The position numbers and the translations under genes were made by a program. The notes beneath the pieces were generated by a model, which saw only the letters and a program-made list of their open reading frames with translations, searched no databases and had not been told where the DNA came from. From positions 512,001 to 576,000 of the forward strand of contig CM000429.1 in the NCBI GenBank assembly GCA_000165345.1: a DNA stretch of 64,000 bases. Reading direction: 5' to 3'. Every line of letters begins with the position of its first letter. Position 1 is the first letter of the stretch. Shown piece after piece: positions 1 to 10,110 of the stretch.

Positions 1-235
1 GAGTCTTGAGATTCAATGCTTAAATTCCCTTCGCTTAATAGAAAATGGTTTGATTTCTATTGTTCACTTAATACTTTATCCTGTCAGATTTGGTTTCTTT
101 GGCTATATTTTTTTTAATAGCAACTGGAATACTTTTTTATTTGTGAATAAAGTTATAGAATTATTCATTTTTACTACAATTTTTGAATGTTTGAGAATTA
201 AATTATTAATTATTCCTGAACAAAAATCACTTATT

Positions 236-3200
236 ATGAACATTAGTGATTATTTTGATAGCTTGAAGACGCTATTACTATTAAGTAACCATAGAGAAGT
301 TTTCATAAATACACAAAAAATCATTGACTTTACAAAAGGATTATTAAGTTATATACTTGTAATATTTCAAAGTATTTGCACGATGTACCTTGTTTTTAAA
401 ATAGTGCATTTTTTCAATGAAAAGTCACATGAATTTGGCTTATCACAAATCTATATATTCAATTATTGGTTTGCAATCTATTTACTTTATTCAACAAGAT
501 ACATTAATTCATGTATCCATTTCATTATTAATTATCGTTATTTTGTTACTCTTTTTCAATTACCCAGTGATACTGGATTAAATTATAGCTTTATACCACA
601 AAAGATAAGTTATTTCGATAAAAATCATCAAGAATCCGATAAAAATCAAATTTCAGAGCCTTTAATTGATTTCAAAGATTCAGGTAATGAATTTAAAATA
701 AAAAATAATTACGATACTCTTAACAAAAAATATTCATTAATTTACAATATTCACGATAGTCTGGATAACAGATTCCAAAAAAATTATTCCATTTCAAAAA
801 AAGTTTCTGATACAATTAATGTTATATCCAATGGAACCAACATTGGTAATGATAATTATGATACCTTAGAAAATGATCATGAATTTAATTTTCAAATTTC
901 AAATAATTTGTTTAATTCAACAATTATTACTTATAAAAATTTATCAATCTCTGAGAATAAATTTAAAAAACAAATTCACAATTCAAGCAATAAATTTAAG
1001 TTTTTGTTTAATTTATTTGAAAAAAAAATGGGACAAACTAATTATTGTTTAAGCGATCATTGCAATAATCATATGGAAATTACTGACAAGGAATTAATGG
1101 AACATAGATTTTATCTAAATAATATAAATTTATCAATTAAAATGAATGAAGTAATTATTATATTTGGGTCTGATGATAAAAGTAAAGAATTATTAACGAA
1201 ATTTGTTTCTGGATTTCCTGGAATTCAGAGTAATGAACAACTCAAATCTCATTCGACAAATCTTCTCAATTACGATGTTTTTTTAATGAATAGAAAAATG
1301 CTTGAATTTGTCTCAAATTTTTTTGAATATCAAAATTCAGAATTTATAATAGACCCATTCGATTTCATATTATCTGGAAAACCATTTAACAAACATATTT
1401 TTGAGTTGATATATGACTCATTTTTATCTCAATATTTTACGAAGATTGAACCTTCGCATGTGAATTCTGAGACAATTAAAAATTATATTTATCCAAAAGT
1501 TGAAAGTATTCAACAATTTGTCGAGGCAAAAATATTTTTACAACTTTCTCAGTTCTTTTATAACATTTTGACTACGCTTGATAATTATTCATTCGCAATT
1601 GTGATTATTGATGGTATTTTTGAATTATTACTTCCAGAAACTTACATTAAACTAGTTGAAAAGATATTACCGAATAATTCAATATTTTCAGAGTTTAATA
1701 TTTCTTTTATTATTACAACGAATAGTGATTTATTCCCATATTTATCTTATTTATATCAAAATAATTCATATGTCAAGTTGGCAGTGATTAATACGGGAGG
1801 ACTATATTTTACCAAAGATAATTACTTGAAAGTGGAAATTAAAAACAAATTTGTTGAAAATTTGCCGTCAATAGATAATACAATAAATGAAATTTTTAAT
1901 ATTAAATTAAAGAATAACAATACTTACCCTTGTTCAACAAGTATTTCTTCTATCAGCAGATTATTCTTTAAAAGATTTGAAACTAGGAATTTTTATTCAA
2001 GCAAATATTTGATCTATGTTTTTTTTATTGCACTATTTTCATTTACTGTAAAATTGACGATATTTTCTTGCCAGCACCTGACGAAGAATCACAAAAATGT
2101 TAACAATATTTACGACTTTTTTGTATTTGAAACTCTATCTTTTTACCCTCTATACTCGCTAGTTATAACTTCAAGAAATTCTTATTCAAATGGTTTATCA
2201 AGCATACTAATAGGATACGGAGTAATTTCATCGCTTATGCTTAATAGTTATAATGCTTTTTTTTCAGAATCAAACTTCTTGAAAAATAACGAAGTCGTTT
2301 TCAATGAAGGAGAAGTTGATAATTTTGAGGAAATTCCGGAATTTTTGAGAGATATACCAGAAAAACATTACAGTTCCTCACATTTTATTCAATTTAACGG
2401 AAAACAAATATTAAGGACAGAATCATTGTTTTACAAGGATCATTTTCTTAGCTCAAAGACAATAAATATACCTGGAATCAAGCCTAAAGGATTTAATAGT
2501 GCTCTAATTTCGTCCAAGAAAATAAGAAATATCTTAATATGGAAATCAAAAAAAGAATCTAATATTAAATTGTTACAAAAATATGAACAATTTACCATGG
2601 AAAAAAATCATAAATTTAAATTTAACAAAAATACAATCTTGATATTAACAATATTCTTTTTTATAAATATTGTTTCAAAGGCATTAATAAATATATTAAT
2701 TTTTGGATTTTCGTTAATTAACATTAATTCAATGAGTTATTATAATTGTTTTCATGAATTTTTGAAAATTATTTTGTCTTCAGATGATCCTATTTCAGTT
2801 ATTAATGATATTGAGATAAGAAAAAATAGATATTGTTTATATCTTTTCAAAGAAATATATTGCAAAAGAAGTAAAGTTACAATCCATTATCTAACTTTAA
2901 TTCACTTTCTCAATTTATTACTCTTTTTTGGAATTTCAAACAACTTGCATTATACCGTTGGAATTAGAATATTAATGAACAAGAATCTGCTTATTATTAC
3001 AATATTGTTTCCAATTTTATATAATATTATTAATTTTTCAAACTTTAATATTAACAAAACCAAATATTCAAATCTTGGGTGCAATTCATTTGATTATTAT
3101 TATTACTTGAATAAAAGCAACTCATTACCGTGGTTCAAACGCCAAATATTTAAACTATTAAAACTTAAACAGGAAAACCTCAAAGAATTTTCTAGTTTTA

Positions 3201-4339
3201 AAGTGAATTTACTGTTAAATTCGTTCATTTTATCGATTGTAGTTTCATTTCTATACTTTTTATTCAATTATAAAAAGAATGAAAATAATCAACAGCTGAA
3301 AATTGATTTAATAACACTTCTACCAATAATATTTTTTTTAATTCAATCTATTCATTTTCATATTACTCAAAGATCAAAAACTAATACCTTTCATAAACTA
3401 AATCTTTATAGTTACATAAGATGGTTAAAAACATCACTGCAGAAAGCTTATTATTTTCCAATTTATATAAATAAATCAGCAAGTTCAACATCTCCAAAAA
3501 CTAATACTAGCTTTTCATCAAATAAAAGAAATAGTACTTTATATGAAGATGGATATGAACTTTCAACACCAATATCAGGAGATTCTCTGAAAGTTGACCC
3601 GATAATTTCTATTAGTTCGACAAAAGTTCATTTGAGCTCTAATATCGTATTAATTCTGATCAATCCTCTTTTATTTCTAGATAATTCTTTGACATTTGGA
3701 TATGGAAAATCGCCTATATTTCCAATTAAGCAATTAAAGACAGTAAAGATTAATAACTTTGATAGAATTGCAGTAATTTCTAACCATAATTTAATATCAT
3801 CATATTGGACAATTAATATGGTTTTAGATCCGAAAGGCATGTATACAAATGACAATAAAAGCCTTTTGCATACATTAAAATCATTAGACATTTTCCCTAA
3901 TGTACTCGACAATTTTGACCAGAATGTAATTTTGAACATGCCAATACGAGAATATTTAGAATTTTTTAATTCTCAAGTTGTTGATAGTGAATTGTCTGTC
4001 ACCGGTGATATCAAAATTACAAATTTTGAACGCGATATTAGATCACAAGATTTGAATAAATTAGAGCAACACTTAAGTAAAGCAGAAGAAAACTTACGTG
4101 ATACAATTTATATTAAAAAGTTATTGCTTTTTGGACATTTTGCACTTTATTCTATGTACTACAGAGAACTAATTTTACACTTAGATTATAATATGGATCT
4201 TAATGTTTGGATTTCACTTGTCAAACAATTTTTTGATAACGAGGAATCTTCAATTAATAATATAATAATTATTTCAACAGAAACAGATTTACCAAATATC
4301 ATTGAAACTGAAACTAGATTATATAATGAAGGGAAGTAA
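236..4339 (+). CDS. large low-complexity protein with a multi-pass hydrophobic central region (hypothetical)
   Basis: The 1429-codon ORF 50..4339 is open in the standard code. The frame stays open to the window edge, and the ORF-track start at 50 is a TTG. The first in-frame ATG is at 236 (MNISDYFDSL...). The protein is N/I/F/K-rich, with several 20-25 aa hydrophobic stretches (for example ILILTIFFFINIVSKALINILIFGF and LITLLPIIFFLIQSIHF). I recognise no catalytic domain. Confidence 0.5.
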   Translation: MNISDYFDSLKTLLLLSNHREVFINTQKIIDFTKGLLSYILVIFQSICTMYLVFKIVHFFNEKSHEFGLSQIYIFNYWFAIYLLYSTRYINSCIHFIINYRYFVTLFQLPSDTGLNYSFIPQKISYFDKNHQESDKNQISEPLIDFKDSGNEFKIKNNYDTLNKKYSLIYNIHDSLDNRFQKNYSISKKVSDTINVISNGTNIGNDNYDTLENDHEFNFQISNNLFNSTIITYKNLSISENKFKKQIHNSSNKFKFLFNLFEKKMGQTNYCLSDHCNNHMEITDKELMEHRFYLNNINLSIKMNEVIIIFGSDDKSKELLTKFVSGFPGIQSNEQLKSHSTNLLNYDVFLMNRKMLEFVSNFFEYQNSEFIIDPFDFILSGKPFNKHIFELIYDSFLSQYFTKIEPSHVNSETIKNYIYPKVESIQQFVEAKIFLQLSQFFYNILTTLDNYSFAIVIIDGIFELLLPETYIKLVEKILPNNSIFSEFNISFIITTNSDLFPYLSYLYQNNSYVKLAVINTGGLYFTKDNYLKVEIKNKFVENLPSIDNTINEIFNIKLKNNNTYPCSTSISSISRLFFKRFETRNFYSSKYLIYVFFIALFSFTVKLTIFSCQHLTKNHKNVNNIYDFFVFETLSFYPLYSLVITSRNSYSNGLSSILIGYGVISSLMLNSYNAFFSESNFLKNNEVVFNEGEVDNFEEIPEFLRDIPEKHYSSSHFIQFNGKQILRTESLFYKDHFLSSKTINIPGIKPKGFNSALISSKKIRNILIWKSKKESNIKLLQKYEQFTMEKNHKFKFNKNTILILTIFFFINIVSKALINILIFGFSLININSMSYYNCFHEFLKIILSSDDPISVINDIEIRKNRYCLYLFKEIYCKRSKVTIHYLTLIHFLNLLLFFGISNNLHYTVGIRILMNKNLLIITILFPILYNIINFSNFNINKTKYSNLGCNSFDYYYYLNKSNSLPWFKRQIFKLLKLKQENLKEFSSFKVNLLLNSFILSIVVSFLYFLFNYKKNENNQQLKIDLITLLPIIFFLIQSIHFHITQRSKTNTFHKLNLYSYIRWLKTSLQKAYYFPIYINKSASSTSPKTNTSFSSNKRNSTLYEDGYELSTPISGDSLKVDPIISISSTKVHLSSNIVLILINPLLFLDNSLTFGYGKSPIFPIKQLKTVKINNFDRIAVISNHNLISSYWTINMVLDPKGMYTNDNKSLLHTLKSLDIFPNVLDNFDQNVILNMPIREYLEFFNSQVVDSELSVTGDIKITNFERDIRSQDLNKLEQHLSKAEENLRDTIYIKKLLLFGHFALYSMYYRELILHLDYNMDLNVWISLVKQFFDNEESSINNIIIISTETDLPNIIETETRLYNEGK

Positions 4340-4524
4340 ATATTTTTTTTTTATTAAAAGAGAGGTTCCGTTTATGTAGTTGACACAAAGATTAATGGAA
4401 GTTAATTAGATTTTTTGGCCTTATAGTTTGCGCCACTATAGCGAAAATTAAACGATATTTCCAGATTAACTGGAAATAAATTTAAGAATTCAAATAATGA
4501 AATTTGGTTGATTGGACTTTTATT

Positions 4525-5330
4525 ATGGACATAGAAAAAAATAAACTTGATAAAATCAAACAACAGATTGAATTTTACTTCAGCGATTCTAATATCAGAC
4601 ATGATAAATACTTTAGAAGCAAACTTACAGAATACAAATATTTACACAACTTTGGAATTCCAATTTCATTAATTTCTACCTTTAACAAGATGATTGAGCT
4701 TAATGTAAGTCAAAGAATTTCTTAAAATTGATCTAAAGTTGTAATGTTATACTAGGCTTCTGTACAAGACATTATTAATTCTCTTTCTTCTTCGAAAGTA
4801 GTGTTTGTTAACATTGAAACTTTGACTATTCATCGTTTTAAGCCAATTAATATTGATTTATGCACAGTAATTCCACGCGATAAAATGCTCTTTATTAAGA
4901 GTATACCGACAAAATGGAACCACAATAATGTAAAGTCACTTTTGGGTAGATTTGGAAAGGTATCTGTTGTAAAACTACCAAAAATTAATAAATCGAATAC
5001 AAGAAGGTTAGTTGATCTTGAACCAATATTGTGTTTAGGGTGAGATTCAGAAAATACTGTTCACTATTTATTCTTATTTTTCCTATACTCCATGCATTCA
5101 ACATCTACACATTTATCTTCATGTTTAGGCACTATGGATTTGTTGAGATGGAAACGGCTCAACAAGCCACGAACGCTATAGAGAATTACAAAGAAGTTTT
5201 CCCATTCTCAAAGATCATGGTGTTACCTTGGTCTGAGTGGATCTCGACAAAAAACGTTTTTAAGGAAAAGTCGAAGAAAAAAATCAAGTTTTCGATTACA
5301 GCAAAAAAACAAAACGGGCATCCTCATTGA
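4525..5330 (+). CDS. La protein homolog (La motif + RRM), 3 exons
   Basis: Exons are 4525..4704, 4756..5006 and 5129..5330. Intron 1 (GTAAGT...TAG) is 51 bp; intron 2 (GTTAGT...TAG) is 122 bp and in phase 2. Exon 1 carries the La motif (KQQIEFYFSDSNIRHDKYFRSKL; compare the canonical QIEYYFGDxNLPRDKFL). Exon 2 continues with ASVQDIINSLSSSKVVFVNIETL. Exon 3 holds the RRM core (R|HYGFVEMETAQQATNAIE). The three ORF-track fragments 4504.., 4801.. and 5031.. join in frame. Fragment 1 starts at a TTG, so the first ATG is 4525. Confidence 0.6.
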
Positions 5331-5499
5331 TTACACCCACCGCTTATGGGCTGTGGTAACTAGTATCGAAGAGTACTAGAGACGAAATGATAAATTATTA
5401 TAAAAGCGACTGCCAAATAAATACGTCAAAACTACATTAATGTTTCGAAGATTTCAAAAAACATCGACTAATTCTTAATATTGAATTTATTATATATAT

Positions 5500-6822
5500 T
5501 TATCCCCACTCATTGGAGCCCCATGAACTCCACCATTTCTTCCTGACATTCTGGTAGTGACTAGGAGAAGCATGACTTTCTCCATTTTCCGTATTTCTAA
5601 TAGTTCTCAAATTACTTATCATATACCTTGTTAATTCCTTGAGTGAATCCCTTGTATATCCTGTGTAATACTCAACTGCAGGCGCCCAACTTTCTTCAAC
5701 ACCTTCTATTTTATGCGCCAACATTAAGCATGCGCATGCAAGCTTCGATGCGCAAACTCCCATCATCGCGGGCTCGTGAATAGCTAGATGAGAGAGATAA
5801 ATTGATAAACTTTCGACTCTAGTAGCTTTATTGCCAGTATATTGATCTTTAAATACTAAGCAATAACGCTTAATATAATCACTTGGTTTCGGAAATTCAA
5901 TACTCCAGTCTAAAGCATCAAGCACAACCCCTTCACAAAACAATATTGCCGCAATATTAAGCCCACATTTTTCTGCTACATCACTCAATGCAGGAAGAGG
6001 CGGTATCTTCAAATTTTCACCTTGCACGTATGCAGCTTCATATTTAAGGGCTATCCAGAAGCATGTGGCACTCACAAGCGTCATCTCTGAAGCTCTTTGG
6101 AAATGTTTAAGGCCTAAAATACGATCCAACATAGAATTGGCAATAACAGTTACCTCATCGGGAACATTAAACGTGATTTGAAGCCCAAATAGCAGATTCA
6201 CTCCACTTCTTTTCCATTCCAAAATTTGCTTACCTACGCTTGGCTGCGCAGAGACGACTTGTGATGCTGTGAATAACAATGGTTCTTTTTTAGACTCGAG
6301 GTCTCTTGATGTCTGATATATTGCCTCTGCATATTCTGAAAAAAATGAAGCATCAGTATTATTCATATCTACATTAACAACCTTTTCCAATGTACTAGTA
6401 TATTGCGCCCCAACAGTTTTCAACTGTTTTTCTGCGAACGTGTTAGGATTAACAACATTTTCCTTATTAGTAGGACTTTCTTTACCGTTGAATTTTTCAT
6501 TATATGACGGACCGGGAATTGCCTTACTGCCTGGCTTCGCAGCATTTGAATTTTTGGAATTAGCATCCGTCAATTTACTCGAGTGTTTTTGGTTGCACAT
6601 GGATGTGTTTGATATATTAATTACATTCCCTGCGGACGATGTCATGCTTCTTGTGATTGGTTTATTCGTAATAACACCTGCATTCTTCATATCTTGTGAA
6701 TTCATGACTTGTAAATTACCTTGATTAACCAATTTACGACAATTTTCACCATATAATGTTATGTTATTACTAGAGTTACTTGCATGACCTTGAATAATTT
6801 TATTTAGTCTTTCAGACCTCAT
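5500..6822 (-). CDS. cyclin-domain protein
   Basis: The C-terminal half has a cyclin box (QILEWKRSGVNLLFGLQITFNV...EMTLVSATCFWIALKYEAAY...MMGVCASKLACACLMLAHKIEG). The listed ORF start at 7026 is a TTG. The first in-frame ATG is at 6822 (MRSERLNK...). The N-terminal half is S/N-rich low complexity. Confidence 0.7.
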   Translation of the reverse strand: MRSERLNKIIQGHASNSSNNITLYGENCRKLVNQGNLQVMNSQDMKNAGVITNKPITRSMTSSAGNVINISNTSMCNQKHSSKLTDANSKNSNAAKPGSKAIPGPSYNEKFNGKESPTNKENVVNPNTFAEKQLKTVGAQYTSTLEKVVNVDMNNTDASFFSEYAEAIYQTSRDLESKKEPLLFTASQVVSAQPSVGKQILEWKRSGVNLLFGLQITFNVPDEVTVIANSMLDRILGLKHFQRASEMTLVSATCFWIALKYEAAYVQGENLKIPPLPALSDVAEKCGLNIAAILFCEGVVLDALDWSIEFPKPSDYIKRYCLVFKDQYTGNKATRVESLSIYLSHLAIHEPAMMGVCASKLACACLMLAHKIEGVEESWAPAVEYYTGYTRDSLKELTRYMISNLRTIRNTENGESHASPSHYQNVRKKWWSSWGSNEWG

Positions 6823-7361
6823 TATTTCTTTAATTAGTGAATAACCCCAATTAGGTGATATTGAGTACCCAAATACCAGCTCAGATGGTATAAAATAAAC
6901 CAATATATGGATAAAGGTATACTCCTCCAACGAAACAATTACTCGATTAAGTCTAAAGTTTAGTAATTGAATAGAGGAAAATATTCTTGCTACTTGAACT
7001 AAAGATTCCAAATTATTCAGTGCCAATAAACCTTTATATTATAATCTCTTACACTACCTTTTCTTATACTAGCGTACTCGCTGAATCAAAACTAAAGTTA
7101 ACTATTGTATGAATACAATCAATCTTACACAACTTGTTTTCTATTTAATATTTTGGCTCTTCAACTTTTCTTTCAATTAGTATTAGTCACTTACCATAGA
7201 TTCTTCAATTGTTTGCCATCTCTTCTTTCTGCCTCCTCTTGATCTTTATATAAATGACCAACTCTTGACCTAATCTACTCAACCTATTAACTGGTTTCAG
7301 CCACTATGAGATCAAAATCCTTTTACCCGTATATGATACATTACGCCAAAAAACATGCGGA

Positions 7362-7476
7362 CAGACGTGTCAATAAACCACACATTTTATTACAGACATA
7401 AACGCATGCAAGCAGACGTCATAGGGGTTGGACGTGGAAAAGGAATATTACCAGCCTTGGGCGCGCGACAAGACGT
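7362..7476. promoter_or_regulatory. GC-rich motif island in a divergent promoter (3x AGACGT, GCATGCA, GGGCGCGCG)
   Basis: This is a locally GC-rich patch inside the ~1 kb spacer between the cyclin gene (- strand) and the SANT-domain gene (+ strand, 8006). CAGACGT occurs at 7362, 7413 and ~7470. GCATGCA is at 7404-7410. GGGCGCGCG (E2F-like) is at 7459-7467. Confidence 0.3.
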
Positions 7477-8005
7477 ATTCCCCACCTTGGACCAAGTAAA
7501 TGAAAACAAAAGTTTGGATTTATGGAATAACAAATTCGACATTTTTAACTTTGAGAATAAACTATATTCGATTTTCGGGAACATTGATGACACGGTGTTT
7601 AAATAGATATTTTTTCGGTTAATTCTTTTCCCTCGCCCGGATTAAGTTATTGCTGCACAACTAATATGCTGATGCTAGCTTTTAGTGTTTGAAGGTTCAA
7701 TAACTTTAGACACAAAATTAATTGTTGGCTAACTTCAATACGCCATTATGCCTGATAGCTAGAATATCAAATCCCTACTAAAACAGAATCGAAATTCTTG
7801 GTTAGTTCTTCCAGGAATGCGGACATTACCGGACTTTCGTTATCTGAGACGAGGTTATTTTCGGGGATTATCTTTATTATTTTTCCTGGAGTTCAGATTC
7901 TTTAATTTAATCTATCATTTAATTAATATTTTTTAATGTGGTAGTTGCGGTTGAACATTTATTAATTTATCTCTTCGTAGCGGCGTAAAACAAACAAAAA
8001 GTTAA

Positions 8006-8848
8006 ATGAACATTGTGCAGAACATGAAAAAGAATTCAGCTGGAGTTACATTAAATAAATCTAAAAATTTTTCGAGTCACAAATATTCATTTCAAGGAAC
8101 TCAAAATCAGGTTGACAAAACAGCTGTTATTAAAGGTATTAATTCTCAAATTCAAGCTAAAACAAATGATCAAATTCCAAAAAAAAATGTTACAGAAAAT
8201 TCCAATCTTAATGATTCTGAGTTGAACACTATTTCTTGTTCTAATAATAATTCAGACAGTTCTAGCTCAGCTTTTAATAGTACATTTCATTTACCATATA
8301 ATTTCAAGGAAGTTCCAGAACCAAAAATAAGAAGCGAGCTAATGAAAAAAAAAATTTCGAAATTGGAATCTTATCTATCTCTCTGCGAGGATTTATATCT
8401 AGGAGGTATTTCAAAAACACAAACAGTTTCTGAAATATTTCAATCGTTGATAATTTCTCATAATATTGACCATGAAGAACAATTTAATGCATTCTTAAAA
8501 AGGCAGTCGATTAATAATGGCTTCACAAAGTCAAGTACAAAAGCGAACTCAAAAAACTCTAATTTGCAAGAACCGATTACAAACGCAGAGAATATTATAT
8601 CTCCTTTACAGCTACTAACACATCCATTTAGAAATAAAGAAGTAATTGACTTATGGGGCCCACATGAAGTAATCCTCTTTGAATGCGGTGTTTGTAAGTA
8701 TGGTAAGGAATTCGACAAAATTCAAAGAATAATTAAAACAAAGACTACAAAAGAAATAGTTGATTTTTATTATTGTATTTGGAAAAGAACGAGTAGATAT
8801 AAGGCTTGGAAAAGTAATAGACAACTTTCTGAATATATTTTTTCTTAA
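8006..8848 (+). CDS. SANT/Myb-like domain protein (MTA/CoREST-type co-repressor-like)
   Basis: ATG at 8006. The C-terminus reads WGPHEVILFECGVCKYGKEFDKIQRIIKTKTTKEIVDFYYCIWKRTSRY. This matches the SANT consensus W..EE..F..GL.KYGKDF..IQ..V.TKTV.QCVEFYY.WKK. The N-terminus is S/N-rich. Confidence 0.5.
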   Translation: MNIVQNMKKNSAGVTLNKSKNFSSHKYSFQGTQNQVDKTAVIKGINSQIQAKTNDQIPKKNVTENSNLNDSELNTISCSNNNSDSSSSAFNSTFHLPYNFKEVPEPKIRSELMKKKISKLESYLSLCEDLYLGGISKTQTVSEIFQSLIISHNIDHEEQFNAFLKRQSINNGFTKSSTKANSKNSNLQEPITNAENIISPLQLLTHPFRNKEVIDLWGPHEVILFECGVCKYGKEFDKIQRIIKTKTTKEIVDFYYCIWKRTSRYKAWKSNRQLSEYIFS

Positions 8849-9017
8849 AAAGTTTTTGGCCAACATTTTTTTTTTTAATGAAAAGATATTATTTTATAAC
8901 CCGATGTAAATATGGAGCTATCAGTAATTCAAGAGTTATAGATTGTAGTTAATTCATTCTTAGATTAATTAATATTTTTTAAGCAATTAGCCACCGTTTA
9001 AAGGCGCATTAAGCCAG

Positions 9018-9043
9018 TTTTTTCTTTTTTTTTTTTTTTTTTT
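9018..9043. repeat. poly(T) tract (~25 nt) in the RAD1 upstream region
   Basis: Direct read of gttttttcttttttttttttttttttt. A GGCGC element sits immediately 5' (aaaggcgcatt, 9003-9010). Confidence 0.8.
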
Positions 9044-9083
9044 AAATAAAAAGCGTGCGTAAAACGGATAAAAAACAAAGCTG

Positions 9084-10110
9084 ATGGAAGCATGCCTTTT
9101 TGATGTTCAATCGTTGGTAAAGACAATTCAAAGCCTGCAGTTAAGCAAGGCTAACAAAAAAAATGGCGAGGGACAATTTTTAACGTGCATGATTTCAGCG
9201 CAAGGGATCAAATTGAGCAATAGCACTTTGAGCAAAGACGTTTATTGCTGCTCTTGGCTGAGGAAAAATATTTTTAAAAAGTATCTATACGAGGCAAGCC
9301 AAACAAACTGTTCACGCTTCGAGATTTGTTTGGGTACAATTTTAAATTGCATTCAAGTTTTTGGTTTAGATGCAAAGATGGTTATTTTAACCTATGATCA
9401 TGTTAGCCTGCATTTGAGCATTACAGATGATGATGGCGCTGTCACTGATTGTAGCTTATGCACCTATAACATTTCTGAGGAAACTAATGAATTTTATTAT
9501 TCCAATTTTTTAGATTGCAAAAATGTTGCAATTTTTGATTTGGATTATGTGACAATGTTCCCAATCATATTAAGAGAGCTATTAAAAGATCTTTGCGATG
9601 TTGGGAGATCTGAGAGCAAGGTAAGTTAAATAATTGATTATAGTTTCTACTTAGAATAATTTTTATTAGATAAAGATAGAATTTCACCCTATTAACCAGG
9701 AGCAGACTTGCATTCTGTCTTTCTCATGTTCTGTAGAAGGCAAGGAGTGTATTTGGGAATTTTCAGATGATCATAGTGTTTTCACTGGCTGCAGAATTGT
9801 TCAGTCTCACTGTTATTTTTACTCTCTTAAATCATTATCTCAGCTTGAGAAGTCTTTGAATGTTTGTTCACTTCTGCGAATTGTTATTGGAAACAACGGA
9901 TTACTAAATTTACAGATGGCTATAAAAAATGATTCTCAAAATGTAGTTAAAGGAGGAACTTGCAACTCAAATATTGAAGGGCGTAGTCCAGAACACGATG
10001 ATAACAAATATCAGCAAATATTCAATACTGAATTCATTATTTTTCCTATAAACTATGTTCAAGAGGAAGATTATAACTATCAAATTAATAATAATGACTT
10101 TAAACTATAA
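9084..10110 (+). CDS. RAD1: checkpoint clamp subunit RAD1 (9-1-1 complex), 2 exons
   Basis: Exons are 9084..9620 and 9700..10110. The 79 bp intron runs GTAAGT...CCAG in phase 0 and links ORF-track frames 3 and 1. Exon 1 matches the RAD1 family: GQFLTCMISAQGIKLSNSTLSKDVYCCSWLRKNIF...RFEICLGTILNCIQVFG against human EHATCFATKNGIKVTVENAKCVQANAFIQAGIF...INLTVLLDCLSIFG. Exon 2 matches too: LRIVIGNNGLLNLQMAIKND against KVSIRTDNRGFLSLQYMIRNED. Confidence 0.6.

Noticed and set aside
50-235. First 62 codons of the ORF-track entry 50..4339 (MISIVHLILYPVRFGFFGYIFF...)
   Set aside because: The listed start is a TTG, not ATG, and the frame is simply open from the window edge. The stretch is F/I-rich, which is typical of translated AT-rich UTR. 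I moved the start to the first in-frame ATG at 236.
3628-3939. Antisense and overlapping small ORFs inside long genes (e.g. 3628..3939-, 6440..6724+, 8458..8718-, 10655..10870+, 15455..15649-, 18370..18579-, 21445..21630-, 25074..25367+, 36423..36721-, 42435..42770-, 52004..52297-, 57181..57847+)
   Set aside because: They lie wholly within, and antisense or out of frame to, well-supported conserved CDSs. They are 60-140 codons with no recognisable motifs. This is the expected background in AT-rich coding DNA.
7024-7026. Listed start of the cyclin ORF at 7026, with a 68-codon N-terminal extension
   Set aside because: The codon is TTG. The extension (MALNNLESLVQVARIF...) is hydrophobic junk-like. 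The first ATG at 6822 gives a sensible S/N-rich N-terminus followed by the cyclin box.
7355-7606. ORFs 7355..7606 (+) and 7390..7593 (-) in the cyclin/SANT spacer
   Set aside because: They overlap each other on opposite strands inside a promoter-like GC-rich island. They have no start context or homology, so I treated the region as regulatory rather than coding.
9003-9010. GGCGC element upstream of RAD1 as an independent feature
   Set aside because: It is a single short occurrence. I kept it only as supporting context for the E2F-like motif finding rather than as its own regulatory feature.
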